This document shows positions 1-11,057 of a stretch of 64,000 nucleotides of DNA, piece after piece. How positions within the stretch are numbered: position 1 is the first letter of the stretch; every line of letters begins with the position of its first letter. The notes beneath the pieces are model-generated. The model saw nothing but the letters and a program-made list of their open reading frames with translations, ran no database searches and was not told the DNA's origin. The position numbers and the translations under genes were made by a program. This DNA comes from Pelomyxa schiedti (Eukaryota; Protista; Evosea): NCBI GenBank assembly GCA_020536535.1, contig JAHLWZ010000796.1, positions 1 to 64,000 on the forward strand, written 5' to 3'.

Positions 1-175
1 TGTGCGTGGCGCGGCTCTTGGGCTTGTGCTTTTTGACTGTTAGGTTTTATCAGCTTTCCTTTGAAAAGGTTTTTGATTTTTTTTTTCGTAAGTTACGGCG
101 TTTTCTTCTCTTTTTTTTTGTACTTGTGGGCTTGGGTGTTTGGAACGGGAATATTGTTTGTGCTAATTAAGCAAT

Positions 176-1389
176 ATGCACGTTAATGCGAGATGAAAGT
201 TATAAGTAACCACTGTCCAACAGAAAACAGCGGCAAGGGGTGCCTTACTTACTGACATTTGTCATGGTGCCAAGTTGAAGCACACTGTCACAGTAGATAA
301 GTCCGGACCCGTACTGGAAACTCGTATGTGCATTATGTTAAGGGGTTTCAAATTGAAGGTGTTGTAGCAAAAGGACCCGGCACCCCGTCGTCCAATAACC
401 CACTGGGTATTCCCACCAATGGAGTGAGTGGCCTGAAGCCTACACGTAAGCCAGGTCCCCCCGGGCCTGGGCCTACGGCGAGCCGCCCTGGACCTCCTCC
501 TTCAGCTCCGCCTGACAACTCTGACGACCCACCCCCACCTCCTCAGCTGACTGGTATTGCAGCAAGCATTGGGGCTGTCAAACTAAAACCGTCCGGGACT
601 AGACCTTCTCCTGCAGTAAAAGCGTCTCCAACCCCTGCGTCCTCGGCAGCAAAGCCAACTCCCTCAGCCCGCAGTGCAACAGCTACCCCAAAGGAAGACA
701 ATTCTGCTGAACTTGGAGACCTCAAGAGACAGCTAGAGGAGGCCAACGCTGCCAAGTCAAAGGTGATAGCTCAATGAGCTTTGTATCTTTAATTTCCTCT
801 AGGCGGAGACTGCATTGGCTGAATTGAGGGTCCAAGTTGAAACACTTACCAATGAAGTGGAGAAGCTCAGGACAGAGAACACTAGCCTCAAGAAGAAAGT
901 GAGTTTCTGTTATTATTCCTAGATTGCTTGTTAAACAACATAACAGGGTGATAGTGTTTCTTCTCCTCCTTCCACAAAGCCAACACCCGCACCTACTAAG
1001 CCTACCCCTGCCCCCGTTGCAGCCGCTCCGCCCAAGACCACTCCCAGCCCTTCTACACACTCTTCTTCTCATGGGTCTTCATCGCATAGTGCCCCAGCCC
1101 CAAAGGGTACATTTTCCTTCAAAACCTTTTCTAACGGCTATGTAGCAGCCCCTCCTCCTCCACCAGCGAAGAAGGCACTTCCACAGTGTGAAGCACTATT
1201 TGACTACAACAGCGCCGAGCCTGGGGACCTTGTTTTCCGGAAAGGAGCGATTATTTCTGTCCTTGACTCCTCTGTACATTTATTTGATGCTTAACGTTTG
1301 TACTTATTTCTTCACAGAAGGACTGGTGGCAGGGAGAGCTCAATGGCAAACAGGGATCCTTCCCTGGCAATTATGTTACCTTGCTCTAA
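176..1389 (+). CDS. WH2-domain, proline-rich, coiled-coil, C-terminal SH3 actin adaptor (verprolin/WIP-like N-terminus); multi-exon
   Basis: Exon 234-323 reads KTAARGALLTDICHGAKLKHTVTVDKSGP (WIP/verprolin-type WH2). It is followed by poly-Pro, a second WH2-like motif IAASIGAVKLKPS, and a coiled coil LKRQLEEANAAKSK. The spliced C-terminus ALPQCEALFDYNSAEPGDLVFRKG...WWQGELNGKQGSFPGNYVTLL* is an SH3 domain (TAA 1387-1389). The start codon is uncertain (ATG 176 or 193). Confidence 0.8.
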
Positions 1390-1463
1390 GCCTTTTGTGT
1401 CAAAATAGGGAAAACAAAAAAGCTTGAGTGTTTTTTTTCAGGCCAGTGATCCTTTTTTTTGGC

Positions 1464-1564
1464 CAGTTGGCTGATTAAAACAATCACCCGACCGGAACGC
1501 TGTCATTTTCGTTGTTATCGCTCATCAGGATCGGCGGTCTGGTGTTTTTTTAGTCAGCCAGTTG
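1464..1564 (+). other. Long imperfect hairpin / inverted repeat in the gap between two convergent 3' ends
   Basis: CAGTTGGCTGATTAAAA (1464-1480) pairs with TTTTAGTCAGCCAGTTG (1548-1564) over 17 bp including three G-U pairs. The stem continues inward through CACC-GACCG / CGGTC-GGTG. Confidence 0.6.
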
Positions 1565-1663
1565 TAGTTTGTATTTTTTTCTTTTAGAACAATAGTCTAA
1601 CGAACAAAAAATTTGAAAAAAAAACTTTTTTTTTTTGAGTTAACACCACAAAAACTCAACTTC

Positions 1664-4600
1664 CTACGACTTGGCAACAGTTCGCTCGTCATCGGCGGCG
1701 GAGAAGCCGAGGACCATGTGGCGCTTGGAGCGGCGGAGGGCAGAAGCGAGGGAGGTGAGCTTGACTTGGGGTTCATCGGTCTTCTTGAATGCACCAACGA
1801 CTGCGCTCTTGGTCTTGAGGTCGCGGATCTGTGTGGGTGAGGGCGTGAGACCGGAAGTGAACGGGGAGGAAGGGAAGGACGAGAAACCTTGCCCCAGTGG
1901 TTCTTGGGCTCCTGTGGCTTGGCAACAGCCTCAACGGGCGCGGGGAATAGCTTCACAATGAAAGCTGCCGGAGTTAGCAGGGAAGAAGGACAAAATAAGG
2001 GAGCATACAAACAACGAGGCCAAGGGCTGCAATTCCGTAGCACATCATCCACTGGTGGAGAGACAGAGGAGTAGTGCTAGTGAAGTTGCCGCCAAATTGG
2101 ACAATGATAAATTGCATCACATTGGTGAAGATCATAACGCCAACAAAGACGGAGTTGCGGAAGATTCCGGCGAAGACATTGATTTCTGAAAAGAGTGAGT
2201 GGGTTTTTTTCCTTGGAAGACTACAAACCTCCATTCAGTTTGCGAGAATTAATTTCGTTGAAGAGCTGGCAAAGAACGAAGATATTGAAAACGCAGGTAA
2301 GGTGAGCAACAGACTCGCATTCAACTCCAAACAGAATGTGTCCGTAATACAGGACACCCAAGTTGATGCAAAGCTAAAAGAATTTAAATCAAAAGAAACT
2401 ATGTACTGGAAAAATACCTGGAAGGTTCCTTGAGCGAACACGTTTCTCCACATCATTTTTGTGATGAGACTGTCGTTCTTGCCGTAGGGTGGGCGGTCAA
2501 GAAGGGTCTCTGATGGCTCTTCTGTGGCAAGGGCAAGAGCGGCCATAGTGTCCTGGGTTGGAATTAGAAATGAGGCGGAAGTAATCATAAAAAAAAAGGA
2601 ACGAACCATAATAAGGTTGACCCATAGTAGTTGTACAGGCTTGAGAGGAGCTTCGCCATGGGAGTTGGTAAGAGCACCAATAAAGGCAAGAAGAACAGCA
2701 ACCTTAAAAAATTAGCATAAAAGAGTAAGAGAAAATAGAAACCATGTTGACTGTGAGTTGGAATTGAAGGAATTTCCTGATGCTATCGTAAACATTCCTA
2801 CCCCACATAGCAGCCCTAATAGCTATTACAAAAAAAAAAGAGAAAAGAACCAGAGTGATACTTGACAATAGAAGCAAAATTGTCATCCATCAGTATAATA
2901 GCTAATAGATAGTGTTAAAGTACTAGAGGGAAAAACCAGCTGGTGTTACCTGAAGCCTCCTTGGAAACTTCAGTTCCAGTGATTCCCATAGAGAAACCGA
3001 TATTGGACTCCTTGAGGGCAGGGGCATCATTGGTCCCATCGCCAGTCACAGCAACAACGTGGTCAAGGTCCTTGAGCGTCTTGACGAGAACGAACTTGTC
3101 TTGAGGTGAGGAACGAGCCATTACCTAGAGGAGAGTAAGGAAAATAAATCTCTGTCGAAACGAATCAACTCTGAGTTTATCAGAAATTATTCTCCTTTTA
3201 TCGGGAGGAAGTTCACGATAAACAGGACCCTCAATTGCGACATCATCTTCACTTTGAATAATTCCGCACTCACGTGCAATCTGCTTGGCAGTCTCAATAT
3301 CTAGTGGACTTTAGATATTGCACTTCTTTTTTGGGGCTGTACTGTCTCCTGTGACCATCCTAACAATAATTCCAGCTCTCTGGCACTTAGCTACAGCTGG
3401 GGGTACTTCAGGGCGAACGGGATCCTAATTAGGTGAGAAGAGAGCAAGAAAAGAAAAGGGAAACCTTAATTCCGGCCAAGAACACCACTCCTAAGTTAGT
3501 TTCAAGCTCTTTCTCATACTCAGCTCGGTCATTAGATGGGGGGAGTTCCTTAATCATGCGTACGGTAAGCATTAAAGTACGGAGGCCTAGAAAAAATAAA
3601 TTCCTACATAAGGGTTTTTATGGGAGCTACCTGTTTTGGCAAAAGCAGTGATGACATCTTGGATGTCCTTGCGAGTAGTATCGCCGAAGAGTACCATTTC
3701 TCCATTTTCGGTCAAGTAGTGAGTGCATCGGGGGAGTAACACGTCAGGAGCACCAGTGGAGAAAATAGCATAATGGTCTCCCTTTGGCATTTTGATGACT
3801 GTTGTCATCCTTTTTCGTGCAGAAGAGAAAGGAAGACTGCCAAGGATAGTTAGTAACCAGGGAAAAGAAAAAGAAAATCCATACGCGGCAACTGCAGGAA
3901 TAGAGGCGCGGGTCTTCTCTGGCTCCTGGCCAAGTAAACGAGAAAGATTCAGAAGGGCCCACTCAGTTGGGCTACCGACTTGAGTCTAGAATTACATAAG
4001 TAACAGGTAACAGAAGGGACACAAACGCGACCTTTTCTCCCTGGGCGTTAATGCTGGTTCGAGCAGTGGAATTCACAGCAATTGCGGTGTGGAAAATATC
4101 CGCATAGACAGGAGTAAAAGGAATCTTGTCGGGCTTGGTTGTATCCTCGAGGGTTTTTCCTGCAAACCACCCCTTCATCACTGTCATTTTGTTGAGAGTC
4201 AAAGTGCCGGTCTTATCAGAACAAATTGCTGGGAAAGATGAGAAAAGATAAGAGGGGATATCACGACTTACTGGTGGCACCCCCCATAGTTTCACAAGCA
4301 TCCAAATGTCGCACCAAGTTATTATCGCGAAGCATTTTTGTCATACTGTAGGCAAGAGAGATAGTAACAGCAAGAGGCAAGCCCTCAGGGACTGCCACGA
4401 CAACGATAGTGATACTGGTGATAATAAACTTCAGAACTTGATGAACGATCACTGTGGTATCGGGTGCTTGCCAGCCCATCCCTACAAGGTGTAAGCGGAC
4501 TATCAACAGAATAGCAGTACTTACAAACATAGAAGCCCAACTTAACACTGAGCGACACCAAAATTAGAGCAGCAGCAGTCATTCCAAACTTGGCAATTTC

Positions 4601-5610
4601 TAAAAAGCATCAGAGCCGGGGCGGAAAGAGTGATACACACGGTCTGCAAGCCCCTCTAACTTAATTTGAAGTGGAGTATCATCAGAAGGCTGATTAAGCA
4701 AAGAGAGAGTCTTGCCGGCTTGGGCGTGAACTCCTACACAGCAAACCAACATTTTCCCCATTCCTCCTTCCACAACCTTGGGAAAGGTTAAATATTCCCA
4801 AATTATAAAGTCCAACCTTAGTGGAAGAGAGCATGAAGGGGTCCTGGTCCAATCCCTTGGGAAGTGGCTTGGGCTCACCAGTCATTGTGGACTCGTCACA
4901 TTTGATGTCTGCGAAAACTTAGACAAACAGAAAACACGAAGAAATTATACCGAATCCAGACAAAAAGATGCCATCAGCGCAAAGAATGTCACCCAGTTCG
5001 ACTGCAACAACATCACCGACATTGACAGCATAAACGCTGACTTGTTTGTTTTCACCTCCACGGACAACTTTCACAAGCTTGTTGTTCTTCTTGTCGTTGA
5101 GCTTGCGGAACTGTCGTTCTTTCTGCCAGTCATTTCCAGCAGACACAGATACAACCAGACAAACAGCCACAAGGATAGCTGTTCCTTCGATCCAGCCAGA
5201 CTTAGGGTTCTCCCAAACTCCCAAAACGAGGGAGACACAAGCTGCAATGCACAGCATAATCAGAGTCTTATCTCCCAGACCTTCAAGGACCATGGAGAAC
5301 AGCGATCGTGGTGGAGGTTTAGGAATTTCGTTTTTGCCGTATCTACGCGGAGTAAGAAGGATTTAGTGGGGAAAAAAAAAATAAAATAAAACTCAACGCA
5401 ACAACAAAAAACGTACTTGGTTCTCCTCGCAACAAAGTCGGTTTTTTCTTCTTCTGCTGGAATACCGGTCTTGAGGTGGGTGCCGAGGGCCTTGGCCACG
5501 CCTTCAATTCCTCCCATCTTTTCCAAAAGAGCCATCTTGGTTTTGAGCTCTACGCCGAGGGTGAAGAGATCCTCATACTGAGTCTCCTCTTTGTTGGGTG
5601 TTGCCGACAT
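1664..5610 (-). CDS. PMCA: Plasma-membrane-type Ca2+-transporting P-type ATPase (P2B, PMCA); multi-exon
   Basis: Motifs [47 protein letters not shown] (phosphorylated Asp), [11 protein letters not shown] and [12 protein letters not shown]. The C-terminal [19 protein letters not shown] resembles the PMCA calmodulin-binding helix. Stop TAG at 1666-1664. Confidence 0.95.
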
Positions 5611-6001
5611 CGGTGGTGGTGTTGTCCCGACCTTGTTGGTTGGTTTTTTTTTTTTTATGTTCTGTTAGTTCGCCGGTTTGTTGGAAAGATAAATAAAAAG
5701 CCTGCTTAGCAACTCCTTGTGTGAAGGGCCGGAAATAGCATCCCTTCGCGGAATCGCGGTTCGAGCATTTTTCCCAGAGAGGTTACGACTCTTCACATTG
5801 TGAAGGTTCCTGCAATCTTAACACCCTGATTTTTTGAGTACGCACGACTCACCTCGGGCTCGGGATGATGCCCCTTAGAGTCTATGTTGCCACGAAACAG
5901 AAACATGCAATCTTCTACGCTATATTTAGCGTAATTACAGGATACGTTCAACACCTTTGAGAAACACAGAAAAGCAAAAAAAAAATAAATCCCACAGTAA
6001 A

Positions 6002-7927
6002 ATGGCAGCCACGAGTTCCCTGGACGAGCAAATTGCAGCGCTTGCCAAGAAGTACCTGCCGGTCGCGGTTTCGATCCTCCGCGAGGCCATCCGCATTCCC
6101 GCCGACCACGTCACGTCGGACGACCCACGCTGCGGCCTCAGCAACCACGAGAGGCCAAGGCTCGAGGTACTCAAGAGATCAATCATTGAACACAGGGCCG
6201 TAGACAGGCCTGAGGACGTTTACTTTGACGACTTTGGAAACATCGTCTGGACCGCCCAAGATCCCACTGACGGAATTCCACCCGAGAAGAAGAAAGTGGT
6301 GCGCATCGTTTTGCACTTGCTTTTTTTTTTTTTTTTTTTTTCCCTCCTTTCACAGTTTAATTTCTGTTCCTTTCCTTCTTCTTCCCTTCTCTCCATTGGG
6401 AGGTCTTTAACTTGTTTTGTAGGTTTATTTTGATGGACACACAGACACTGTCAATGCTTTGCGTGATCAGTGGGCTAGCCGTGTTGGCCCAGGTCTTGAT
6501 TCTTACAATGGATTGGTTGATCCTGCTCAAGTGAATGAAACCGCCCTGAAGAGAGAGCTGGGTTTCGTTCCACCAAGAGGTTGATACCTTTTCTGGTTTT
6601 TTTGTTCATTCACCAGGTTATTTGCGTGAAATTAATGTTCACAAAGACGAGTGGGACCACCTTGTTTGGGGACGTGGAGCTGCAGATCAACTTGCTGGTG
6701 TCATTTCCCAAATCCTTGCCACCAAGATTATGCTCGAGCTCCGACCATTGGGTGCTCTTCGTGGTGTCATTATTCGCTCATACGGCACTGTCGCTGAAGA
6801 AGATAACGATGGTGGTGCACCAATGTATGTTTGCTCCAAGGTTCTTCCACATGCTTCCCCCGATCTGATTCCCGATGCTGTTATCTACACTGAGGGCACT
6901 GGAGACAGCAGGTTACCACTTGGCTCCCTTGGAATCTACAGAGGCCAGAGGGGCAGGTTATGATTTATTTCCTATTTCGTTCCTCTAACATTGTCTTTAG
7001 AATGCAAATTGAGGTTGATGTAATTGGCAAGTCCTGCCATGGTTCTATGCCCTGGGAAGGCCGCAACCCCCTCGAAGCTGGATCTCTCATCATTGCGGAA
7101 GCTGCTGCTAAGTATCAGAAACGCGAGGTAATTGGCTTTATAAATGAAGGTGTCGTCTTAACTTCGTAAAGGGATTCAAGGATGATGCATTCCTTTGCCA
7201 TGGAACACGAACTGCATCGTGGGCCGTACTTCAGACACCTTCTGACTGTGCCGTTCCAGAGCGCTTTACATTCAGGTTCGACAGACGGTTGACTGTTGGT
7301 GAGAGCGCTGAACAAGCTCTCCTTGATGTGGAAACTCTGGACTCCGTCAAGGATGCTCGCGCAAAAGGATTCACCGTAGATGTCCGCGTTCCTCTCTACA
7401 CTGACGCAACCTGGAAGGGATTCCGCCTTAACAACAAGCAAATTTACAATGCCTGGATAACTCCCGAGGAGCACCCGGTATCCCATAACCCCACCCATTC
7501 AGCGATTCACAAAATTCCAGGCTATCCAAGCCGCCGTTGCTGCCTACAAAGCCGTTGTCACCCCACACATCGTCGAAGGCAAGGTCTCTCTCATTCCCGC
7601 TACTCCCAGGGTTTCCCGCTGGGTACTTGGCCCCCCTCCCATTCCCATAACTGTTTCACACATTCCTAACTCCTCCCCGTTCAGATTTTCAGCACCGACG
7701 GCGTTGGCTTCATAGTACCATCACCAACCACGAGCGTCGGAATCGACGTGCCAGCCACGAAGCTGTGGGTTGACGACGGCAAGACCTCGCACCCCGCCAT
7801 GTTTGGCATTGGCGCCGGATTCGAGCAGAACACACACAAGATTGGAGAATGCGTCGACTCCAGAGAGCTCCAACACGCCATCGCCTTCCTTTCCCGCTTC
7901 CCCTCCATGCTCGCTGCCTCCCACTGA
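6002..7927 (+). CDS. M20/DapE-family metallo-amidohydrolase, YgeY-like; multi-exon
   Basis: Spliced motifs VYFDGHTDTV, WGRGAADQLAG, GTVAEEDNDGG, YTEGT, IYRGQRGRMQIEV..IGKSCHGSMPWEGRNP, FSTDGVG and GIGAGFEQNTHKIGE. The IYRGQRGR..CHGSxP and STxGV motifs are typical of the YgeY subfamily. Confidence 0.85.
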
Positions 7928-8041
7928 GCTCAAGCTACAGATCCCAGATTTCGCTTAACATGAGAACAAGAAAACCCTTTGAAACGTTCGTTTGCCGGCG
8001 AGATTTTTCAGCAAAAAAAAAAACAAACAAACATTTTTGAG

Positions 8042-8845
8042 ATGATTTTTGACCAGGAGCCGTTCGAGATGGTGAGCGCGTTGACTGACCTCGGGGTCAG
8101 CGTGTTTGTCTTCATAGGGTCGCTGCTCCTGATATCTCGTGGCCGGACCGTGCCTCCGGCGGACGGGGGCCCCAGCACTTCGGCCACCGGCCTGTCTTCC
8201 TTCTTTGTCAGCTTCGCCTACCTCGTTGGGTTCTACTACCACTCGGTGTACGCGGGCAGGGACGAGCTCAGCTTCCCCGCCCTGGCCACGTGGAACTGCG
8301 TCTGCGCCTTCGCCATCGCGTCCATGGCGCTCCTGGCCACCGCGGCGTGCTGGGAGCCCTCGCTCCTGAGCCCCGTGGCCCGCCGCCGCCGGCTCCTCTG
8401 CGGCCTCTCGCTCTCCCCCGCCTCCGCCGCCTCGCTCCTGGCCTGGGCCGCCGCCGCGTCCGCGCTCTTCTGCGCCGTCTTCGTGGTTCCCAACTCGTTC
8501 CTCCCGGTGCTCGTGTCCCAGCTCGCCTTCATATCGTGCCACATGGGGGGATACATTTACCTGTGGCTGGGGAAATCTCGGCGCCGCAGGGCCGCTGGGC
8601 TCGTTGTTCTCGCTGATTTGTTGCAGATTACCAGCGGCGTTGTGCAGCAGGCCAAGCTGAGAATCGACGCGATTTACTTCAACCATAATTCTATTTACCA
8701 CTGTGTGCAGTTGCTGGCTTACGCAGTTCTGTTTTATGCATTCCTTGGTGTTGGTGGAAGTGGAAAGAAAAGTGGAAGTCCACTTATTGGAAAGAAAAAG
8801 CAAGTACCCCTGAAGAAACCCGCACCAAGCAAGAAAAAGAACTAA
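8042..8845 (+). CDS. Intronless multi-pass membrane protein, DUF6962/CREST-like
   Basis: About 7 hydrophobic segments, N-terminal EP...SALTD, GFYYH, and C-terminal FNHNSIYH (HxxxH). Ends SKKKN*, a dilysine ER-retrieval-like signal. GC-rich codons. Confidence 0.65.
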   Translation: MIFDQEPFEMVSALTDLGVSVFVFIGSLLLISRGRTVPPADGGPSTSATGLSSFFVSFAYLVGFYYHSVYAGRDELSFPALATWNCVCAFAIASMALLATAACWEPSLLSPVARRRRLLCGLSLSPASAASLLAWAAAASALFCAVFVVPNSFLPVLVSQLAFISCHMGGYIYLWLGKSRRRRAAGLVVLADLLQITSGVVQQAKLRIDAIYFNHNSIYHCVQLLAYAVLFYAFLGVGGSGKKSGSPLIGKKKQVPLKKPAPSKKKN

Positions 8846-8935
8846 ATCCCCTTTCCTCTTTATACCACTAGCCACTACTGCCCTTTTTTATGCTCCTATC
8901 TGAAAAAAACAATAAAAAGAATTTTTTTTTTTTTT

Positions 8936-10537
8936 TTATGTCTGTGACACAGTTATCTTCACAATTTCTGATTCTTGCTCTGGTAAGTTCATTCGTGAAC
9001 AGGAAACACCCAATCCACTGACACATACACTACCCTGAGAAGAGGAAGGTTCTGATATCCACACACTGGTGCTAAATTGCAAGGCAACCAGCTGCATTAC
9101 ATACTCAACAGCAGACTGTAAGGTAGTCAATGGCCCAAAGAACCCTGCACTCCACTGGTATTCCAGTGTCTGTGATAGGGTATCTACATTGCTTGTCTTG
9201 GTGGTGAAAGCAAGTCGGCCCATATAACGGCCTAGAACATCATACTTGGTGTGAAGAAGAGTAAACCCAAAGTTTCTATGTAAAGGAAGAAAGAACTGAG
9301 TCGCGTAAAGTTAATACAGAGAGACCTTAAGGCCATCACAGCTTGTGGGAATCCGAGACTGGATACACTTCCATTCCCACTTTCGACTCCCTTCAGAATA
9401 GTAGAAGAGAAATTCACAAGTGGTACATCCACACTCCTACTTACGTTAAGTGGAGGATTTTCCTTGGGATGTGAGGCAAACTTGAAGTGTTCGGCATTGC
9501 CGCCAATGCAAGTGTAAAAGAGAGTAACAACAAAGGTGAGACTGAAAGAATTTTTTAGTAAATAAGTTATTCAATAAAAAGTGATGCCTGTAATCAAAGT
9601 CCTTTCCAAGGCCGTGATCAGGAGTCCACGCTCTCCCAATTTCCAGGATTGCATCACATTCAAAAAGTGATGACTAGCTGGAGGTCACTCAAGTAAAGGG
9701 GATAACTGATTACTTGAGTACGCTGACAATTTTCAAAACCCATAAATAGGTGGAATGGCCACATAGCATCTGAGTGGCAGGAATACCCAGGAGGCTGCGT
9801 ATCAGGGTCACATCTTATGTTAATATTTATTCCCCTCATGACCTAAAAGAGTATAAGATATTTCGATTCAAGAAGAAGGGTTGCTGAACTCAAACCACAT
9901 CATATGAGTCAAACGATCCCCAACCAAGGTTCTCAGTATTGAGGTCCACAGCAAGATGGTATTTCAGAGATGTGTTTGCCGTAGGATTCCAGTCATCCAA
10001 GGGTGCAGCCATATCTTTTTTTTTTTTTGTTTGGTTGTTTGTACGGTTGTCATTTTTTCATTTTTGTAGATTATGTACAAATATTTAAACAGTCGAACCC
10101 AAACAAAAGGCAACATAAGTTCGTAGAAAGGGCACAACGAAACCTGCGAACTGCCACACGACAGCGCCCTCGCCCAGCCCCACGACGGGCGGGTCGTTCT
10201 GATCCACAACAGCAGTGTAATACACCGACGGAGTCGCCCAGTCCGGCGAGTATCCCGGCGCGAAGGTGATATTGCTGCTCGACGTGACCACCACAGCCGC
10301 CGCCGCACCACCTGCCCCCCCTGTGGCCGTGGTGTTTTCCAGTGTGGACGAGAACCGGCCCATCCTGTGGGGCGTCTCGAGGGTGCTGCCGGCCTCGCGC
10401 AGCCACTCGTGGTCGAATCCCTGCCATACCACAGAGCCACCGAACGACGCCGAGGAGGAGGGGGCCGTTGCCTCCTTGGCACTTTGCACGACGGAAACGG
10501 CGACGACGACGATGAGGGCAGCAATGGCAAGGGCCAT
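8936..10537 (-). CDS. Secreted hypothetical protein; multi-exon
   Basis: Signal-peptide-like MALAIAALIVVVAVSVVQSA, then VVWQGFDHEWLR...TPHRMGRF. Downstream exons are beta-rich, ending at TAA 8938-8936. No family recognised. An alternative start lies at 10561. Confidence 0.6.
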
Positions 10538-11057
10538 GGGCGAGGAGCGCGTCCCAGCCATTCGCAGGTGCACCAGAAATGAAGGGTGGAAAAAGAGCAG
10601 AAATGAGGAGCAGGTTGGAAAGGCACTTGTTTGAGACTAAAATTGGGAGTAAGCTACTGGAAACGTAGGAAAGGGAGTGACATTAGAGTGGAACGGGATC
10701 AGGAGATGGGAAAATTACATCTGCGATAGTATCGATCCAGAGACACACAAAGGGACTGGACGTTGGGGTTTGATTGTGGGCCGGACCATGTGGGGGAATC
10801 CATCGACTTCCGTATCGGGTTGTTGGAGAAAACAAGTGCAGTCTGCCTTTCCTCTCAGAGCTATTCAACAAATGCGGGGAAGCCTGCGCGGCGAACGACA
10901 AAAGGGAAACGAAAATCAACAAGAAAAAGTGCAACGTTTTTTCCTTTGTTCCAGGTAGAGATTACTTCCAAAAAAAAAGAAAAAATAACCAACACACCCC
11001 GAGCGACTTTGGTTCTTCTTCTCGCATTCGTGTTTCGCTTCCTTGTCGATTCCCACA

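Noticed and set aside
1-125. Minus-strand exon running off the left edge (cctaacag acceptor near 38)
   Set aside because: Too little sequence to identify or support a gene.
5750-5775. GGTTCGA (tRNA T-loop/B-box-like)
   Set aside because: No cloverleaf, acceptor stem or A-box can be built.
6002-7927. Selenocysteine recoding in the YgeY-like or radical SAM genes
   Set aside because: Both splice into open frames with no internal TGA, and no SECIS was recognised.
7955-8875. 306-aa - strand ORF, and similar long antisense ORFs at 24270-24827, 54334-55008, 55673-56275 and 60783-61397
   Set aside because: Shadow ORFs caused by GC-rich codon usage of real genes on the opposite strand.
10683-10934. 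ORF with a signal-peptide-like start MHFFLLIFVSLL
   Set aside because: Non-ATG start, and the hydrophobicity comes from a T-rich tract in a divergent promoter or UTR.
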